This document shows positions 59,701-64,000 of a stretch of 64,000 bases of DNA, in pieces. The notes under the pieces were generated by a model. That model saw only the letters and a list, made by a program, of their open reading frames with translations. It searched no databases and was not told where the DNA came from. A program made the position numbers and the translations under genes. The DNA is from Oculina patagonica (taxonomy: Eukaryota): positions 27,590,001 through 27,654,000 of the forward strand of contig NC_135764.1 in the NCBI RefSeq assembly GCF_052425735.1, read 5' to 3'. Numbering within the stretch: position 1 is the first letter of the stretch; each line of letters opens with the position of its first letter.

Positions 59701-62433
59701 TCTAAGGAAAAAAGGACACCAGATATAAAATTGTTTCTAATAATAGTCTTTTCTAATAGAGCAATTTTACTTCAACCGTGAAATTGTTTCTACTCAAATA
59801 GACACTATTAAACACTAATTTCATTGTTTCCTTTTGTTTAGTTTTGACTATTTAGCATTAATTGATAGATTTTGTTTCACGGTTGAAGTAAAATCGCTCT
59901 AACATTGTGTATCAAAACACAGCACTTGAAAAAATGGAAGTAATGTCTGAGAAAGTACTCATCCAGTGCATTAGTGACATTAGTAGCAACTCTTGTTTAA
60001 CAAGCTTGTAAATGGTCTTCTCAGTAGTATAGCAGTAGCTACTGACCTTTTTGGGGGGGAGGGGGAGGGATCAAAGAGGCATTATTCCCGTTCCTTGTTT
60101 TATTGTTCTCTCAAAGTTTAGCGAGTCATTCACGTGAGACGTTGCAAGAGCTGCTACTCAACCCGTACCCCGGGGGGGGGGGGGGGGGTACTCAAAAAAG
60201 TTTTATACGGGGAGGCTCCGCCCCAAGTTCTAACCCCTTACCCTTTTATATACCATTTTTGACAGAAATTGTACCCCTTTCGTATACCTTTAACTGAAAA
60301 AGGAACCCCTTTCATATACCTAAGAGACATGGCGTGGACTTAAAATAGGACGTTTTCTTGTCACTTTTATGTAGCGCTTAATAAATTAAAATAATACAGC
60401 CATAAATTGCGTCTCGTTGAAATATTTTAATTAAAGGCCCTTTTAAATAGCCAAATGACAGATTTCCATACCCTTTCATATACTTAAACTCGTGAAATCC
60501 CTACCCTTTTATATACCTGAAGCCTGAAAAAGGTACCCCTTTCGGGCGGAGCCTCCCCGTATAGGCCATTATAGGGAGTACCCCCCCCCCCCCCCGGGAC
60601 CCATACTGTGAATCAAACAGGGCATTTCACACAAATCTGTGTCCACCTGCTCAGCATAATTTGCCATTTACTATGATCAAGGTACCTACCCTTCTGCTCA
60701 TGTCTCAACACTGTCTCAAGCTTGACACAGAACTTATGAAGAGTTGTTTCATCGTCTGTCACTGGTAACTGTGATGACTGGTAGGTGTTCCTTAATTCTG
60801 ATATGTAAACTAGATGTAATGAGGAAAAAAGGGGTACATTAGACATACTTATGAGTAACTTGGATGACAAGCTCTACAGCCCTACCCCCACCCCCCCACC
60901 CCCTCCACACCTGCCAACCCAGAGCAATAATGCATAATTTTACAAGTGATTAGCACGCACCCAGTTAAGAAAATGGCTGCTTTTTCTATACGGTTTGGCT
61001 CACAAGAGAGATAAATCTTATGGGGTATATTCAAGGTCTTCCTGCTCCTAAACGAATACCGGGACCCCCCCCCCCCCTTTTTTATTTCAAAAATAAAGTT
61101 CTCATAGGTTTGAGCGAAAATCTACTGTCAGTTCTATTTCGGTGGATTGACCTTAAGGCTGTCTAGTCTAAATCTCTTGTGCCAAGAAAACCTATTTAAG
61201 GCTCGGATGCTCTACCACTGAGCTACAGGAGGCTTGTGGGAGCTAGGCCATATAACTAGGTTCAAATATTTATACTAAACTTCTGGCACACTGCTAGGAA
61301 TAGTTTATTTTTCCTGAAGAGTAATTAATCCTCTGGACAAATAAACAACGAAGGATTTTGTGTTGTCAATGAATTCACCTTCAACTGAGCAATGATCATT
61401 CTCGTCCCCAGAGCTGCTTGTCCCTCTTAGCCGGCTGAGCCTGGGGCACAAGGAACAAGTGGCTCTGGGGACACATGATTTGATTGGCTAGATCTTTAAC
61501 AAAGGCAATTTAAATTTGGCAAATCAAATCAACCGTTTAAAAATCCCTTTGACGGAAGGGATTTTACTACGGTTGTTTTGATTGGCTAAATTTAATTTTC
61601 TTTGTTAAAATTCTAGCGAATCTAATCATAAATTATTGTGTCCCCAGAGTCACTTGTCACTCATGCCCCAGGCTCAGCTGGCTGAGAGGGACAAGCGGCT
61701 CTGGGGACAAGAAAGGATCTGATACACCCACAACCATTTTAAATACAGTTTTCAGTCCACATTTTATAAAGCAGGAAACTGCTGTGTTATAACCTTTTAA
61801 AACATAAGCTTCAGCCAGTCACACATGACGCAGCTTTATTTATTTTGCAACTGTTTAATCTGTCAAATCCTGTAGCAGGCAAGAAGAGTTTCATTGTAAG
61901 GCATGACCACAACACATGATCGATGAGTCAATTGGGCACCAGTAATGGTTAAATTTATCAATTTCCAGTGAGCTCAATCTGTATGACCGGTGATTTACCA
62001 GTGATAACTGTGTATAGTTCAGATCGAATAGGGCATGTTTTTTAATACAATACAACTTCCCATAAAATAACAGCTTCCCAAGTCAAGTGCTAAATAATGC
62101 ATGCATCGGTCAGATATAACAAGATAAAGCTTACTACGTTCAGAATTTCGAACCAAATGCAACATTAAAATCACCTCAATAATTTATTTCACGAGCATTC
62201 CATGGCACAAATGAACCTATGAGCATAATAATTAAATTTGTGGCTTTTGGTAAATGTTAAATATTTGCCACATTTGCATGGATTAAGGTGCGATAATGTG
62301 ATATTCTGTCACTGATTCATTCAATGGTGTTTTGATAATGGATCACGCAACGATTGTTGTGTACAATGATATTAAAGAACCTACCCACTATATCGCCTAT
62401 CAGTTTAGCTGGATCAATTATAAATGCCTCCAT
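43981..62433 (-). CDS. FYCO1: FYVE and coiled-coil domain autophagy adaptor (FYCO1-like), 19 coding exons, ~1340 aa
   Basis: Phase-consistent GT-AG exons: 62385-62433, 60690-60809, 59601-59701, 59217-59323, 57644-57787, 56564-56642, 54861-56012, 52612-52748, 52137-52209, 51266-51802, 50619-50780, 49289-49527, 48688-48826, 47849-47922, 46788-46984, 45902-46362, 45156-45215, 44578-44687, 43981-44062 (4023 nt). Domains: RUN (TLHKFCVKLE, KDYWNF, GKGRAFIRYSL), long coiled coil, FYVE (WMDD, RKHHCRICGRIFC, RVC), GOLD (PGVYLLVFDNTFSRFTSK). An exon inside the N-gap cannot be excluded. Confidence 0.92.
44214..44428 (+). mobile_element. tRNA-derived SINE with CORE-like segment
   Basis: A-box-like GTGGCCTATTGG, B-box-like GGTTTGAGCTC, GGGCAAGACACTT core. 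Antisense remnants at ~2030-2320, 19640-19780, 29250-29420 and 48285-48686. Confidence 0.7.
45676..45995. repeat. Tandem duplication of the 3' end of FYCO1 exon 16 plus its donor site
   Basis: 45676-45828 aligns with 45829-45995, with an ~15-nt deletion. Confidence 0.85.
48304..48524. mobile_element. MITE nested in a SINE remnant in FYCO1 intron 13
   Basis: ~34-bp TIR AGGGCCCGGTTGCATAAAAATACTTAAGATTACG / CGTAATCTTAAGTATTTTTATGCAACCGGGCCCT. Confidence 0.8.
48925..49150. repeat. Degenerate ~27-bp minisatellite (GTTGCATGTTTTCCCGCGCTTGGCGGCG-like)
   Basis: About eight degenerate units in FYCO1 intron 12. Confidence 0.7.
51957..52120 (+). mobile_element. tRNA-derived SINE
   Basis: TAGCTCAGTTGGTTAGAGC (A box) and GGTTCGATTCCC (B box), but no pairing acceptor stem. 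Antisense relatives at ~50040-50170 and ~61200-61300. Confidence 0.7.
52281..52565. mobile_element. Crypton-like non-autonomous element with terminal palindrome (tentative; similar at ~33095-33500, ~58855-59180, ~20195-20277)
   Basis: AACAATTATTCCA..CGCG.TTGGATATGAG / CTCATATCCAACAAGCGCG..GGAATAATTGTT hairpin; no TSD seen. Confidence 0.45.
53057..53268. mobile_element. PIF/Harbinger-like hairpin MITE
   Basis: ~68-bp TIR starting AGGTCCGGTAATACGGG; TSD TTA. Confidence 0.85.
53357..53534. other. Assembly gap (178 N) in FYCO1 intron 7
   Basis: N run. Confidence 0.99.
54253..54737. mobile_element. Kolobok-like element with nested 99-bp hairpin MITE (54278-54376)
   Basis: TTAA-AGGGACTGTGTCACGG / CCGTGATACAGTCCC. 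Nested TAGCCAGCGAACAGGCTTTC / GAAAGCCTGTTCGCAGGCTA with 9-bp TSD GGCCGAGTT. Confidence 0.75.
56703..57139. mobile_element. CCCGGG(G)n-GTACTC element in FYCO1 intron 5
   Basis: TSD AGATGCAC; same family as 60169-60598. Confidence 0.8.
59758..59900. mobile_element. Small MITE
   Basis: AGAGCAATTTTACTTCAACCGTGAAA / TTTCACGGTTGAAGTAAAATCGCTCT. Confidence 0.75.
60169..60598. mobile_element. CCCGGG(G)n-GTACTC element in FYCO1 intron 2
   Basis: TSD ACCCGTAC/ACCCATAC; highly similar to 56703-57139 (TSD AGATGCAC). Confidence 0.8.
61397..61715. mobile_element. CATTCTCGTCCCCAGAG-terminal element with 3-bp TSD
   Basis: Long imperfect TIR; TSD GAT; fragment at ~23764-23826. Confidence 0.7.
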
Positions 62434-62660
62434 CGCTTCAGTTCATCCCTGCGATTTCTTTTCAAACGATTGCTTCATACGAGGAAACTATTAAAAGTTA
62501 AAAGTTGTTCAAAGTCCGCCATCTTTGATGCCGTGAGGAAGTCACATGCGACGCGCACGAACAGTCGAAGACTGGGTTCTAAGGGTTTATTTTCTTCCCA
62601 GATTGCATTGCACGTTTGGACGAATTCAAAATGGCGGAAGACTACACTCTGTAAATATGT
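62434..62660. promoter_or_regulatory. Probable bidirectional promoter with two outward-facing YY1-like motifs
   Basis: AAGATGGCGGAC on the minus strand (~62514-62525) toward FYCO1, and AAAATGGCGG on the plus strand (~62628-62637); locally CpG-richer. Confidence 0.5.
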
Positions 62661-62821
62661 ATTCTCTGGGAAAATGTGTCATCTACGCCATCGTATACTA
62701 GAAGAGGACTTCTCTAAAGTTGGCTGGGGCAGGAAGTTGAAGATATTTTGATGTGAGATCAAAATTATCTTTTTTAGTTGCTTTTATCTCTGGACAGTTC
62801 AATTCAATTGCAAGTGGGAGG

Positions 62822-62950
62822 ATGTCGAATTCGCACCCCGAAGCCACTGACTCGCCCAGTTCTCGCCCTCCAGCGTCATCAACTGATACCCCAGCCTTCT
62901 CGGTGTTTAAAATGACGAAGGGTTGTGTCATGCTCAAAGTAAAACGGCAT
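62822..62950 (+). CDS. Candidate first exon of a divergently transcribed, unidentified gene
   Basis: ATG-initiated MSNSHPEATDSPSSRPP...LKVKRH ending at a consensus GTAAGT donor. No in-phase downstream exon could be confirmed. Confidence 0.25.
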
Positions 62951-64000
62951 GTAAGTATTTATCTTAAATCCATTGCAGTGTATGAGGGCCGTTACCAGAC
63001 CTTTGGCACAGACGATTGAGACGTACATAGCGAGGCAAGATCTTGCTAACCTAGTAAAAGTTTCTGCCAGAAACTTCTAAGGGGCATGCCCCCTAGAAAA
63101 ATTGGAAATAAGAATCTCTGAAACACGTTTTGGCTAAACTAAAGAATACCAGGCCAGTTAGTTGCATCTCGATTCAGAGATATGTAAATAAGTGGCCCAG
63201 TTTGTTTTTAATTTTGGGTTAAAATCTAGAAGAGGCAAGTGCCTTGTCTTGTCTTGCTAGGTACGGCCCTGTGTACACATGTACCTAATTTGGACGAGCC
63301 TTTTAAACTGGCAAAGTCCAAAGTGCATAAATTGTATCAGTGTGTGTTGTAATAAGACTGGGTTTCACTAGTAACAGAGTTCTAACTGGAGTCGTTAAAG
63401 AGCTGAAGACCAAGTGAAAATCAAAAATTAAAGTTGTAAGCAGACTCTAACTCTGAATCTGTCGCTTGTTACCAGTTAACTCTAGATTGATGGATTTGCA
63501 AGCAGAAGAAGAAAGAGCCAAAGTTGTGCTTTTAGAATTATATATAATTTGCTGGGTGCCTGAAGGCCCTTATGTAATAAATCTTGAGTACCCAGTTCTT
63601 TAAAGGTTTCATGATGCAAAATTATTCAAGTTCCCCAAAGACGACAGTAAGTCACCTGTGACAGCCGGGCTCCTCTGAGCACAGCTCTGAAGAGCAGAAG
63701 AAAAAAACCAATCACAATGCTAGCCGTCAGGTCCTCTGGGTGCTTTCTTTCTCCTTGTGACTGACAATCTTGTTTTCACTGGATCATAAGTGAAATCTGG
63801 ATCTTGCTGCAACGCTTTCATTTTTTTTTTAGGATTCCAGAAGAGGGACTGCCTAGATGCTCTCTTCTGTGGCTTTCTTACTGTATGCTTTATGGCTGTT
63901 TGTTTGAAAGCCATATGTTACGGGGAGTCTGTACTTTAAAAGAAATGTGTGGGTTGCAATCGGTGACTCCTATTATTTCTGAGTAATCCACTATAATTAT

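Overview
Eukaryotic genomic DNA, most consistent with a stony coral or other anthozoan (inferred from gene families, GT-AG introns and repeat landscape). Left part (1 to ~42 kb): a rearranged tandem array of six genes with intronless CDS encoding BTB-BACK-PHR (BTBD1/2/3/6-type Cullin-3 adaptor) proteins. Four are intact and two are frameshifted, and there is a scar where a seventh copy appears to have been deleted. Two intronless CECR6/TMEM121-like membrane-protein genes lie in inverted orientation. The region also holds a GPCR pseudogene fragment, a decayed Tx1/L1-type LINE interrupted by a hAT-type MITE, and many MITEs and SINEs. Right part (44-62.4 kb): a 19-exon FYCO1-like gene (RUN, coiled coil, FYVE, LIR, GOLD) on the minus strand with a probable bidirectional promoter. 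The most interesting signal is that the BTB paralogs keep near-identical Cul3-binding BTB-BACK halves while three PHR-domain loops vary sharply in sequence and length, like CDRs. Together with patchwork similarity between copies and gene birth/death, this suggests a diversifying intracellular substrate-recognition repertoire. All coordinates and alignments were made by eye; no searches were run.
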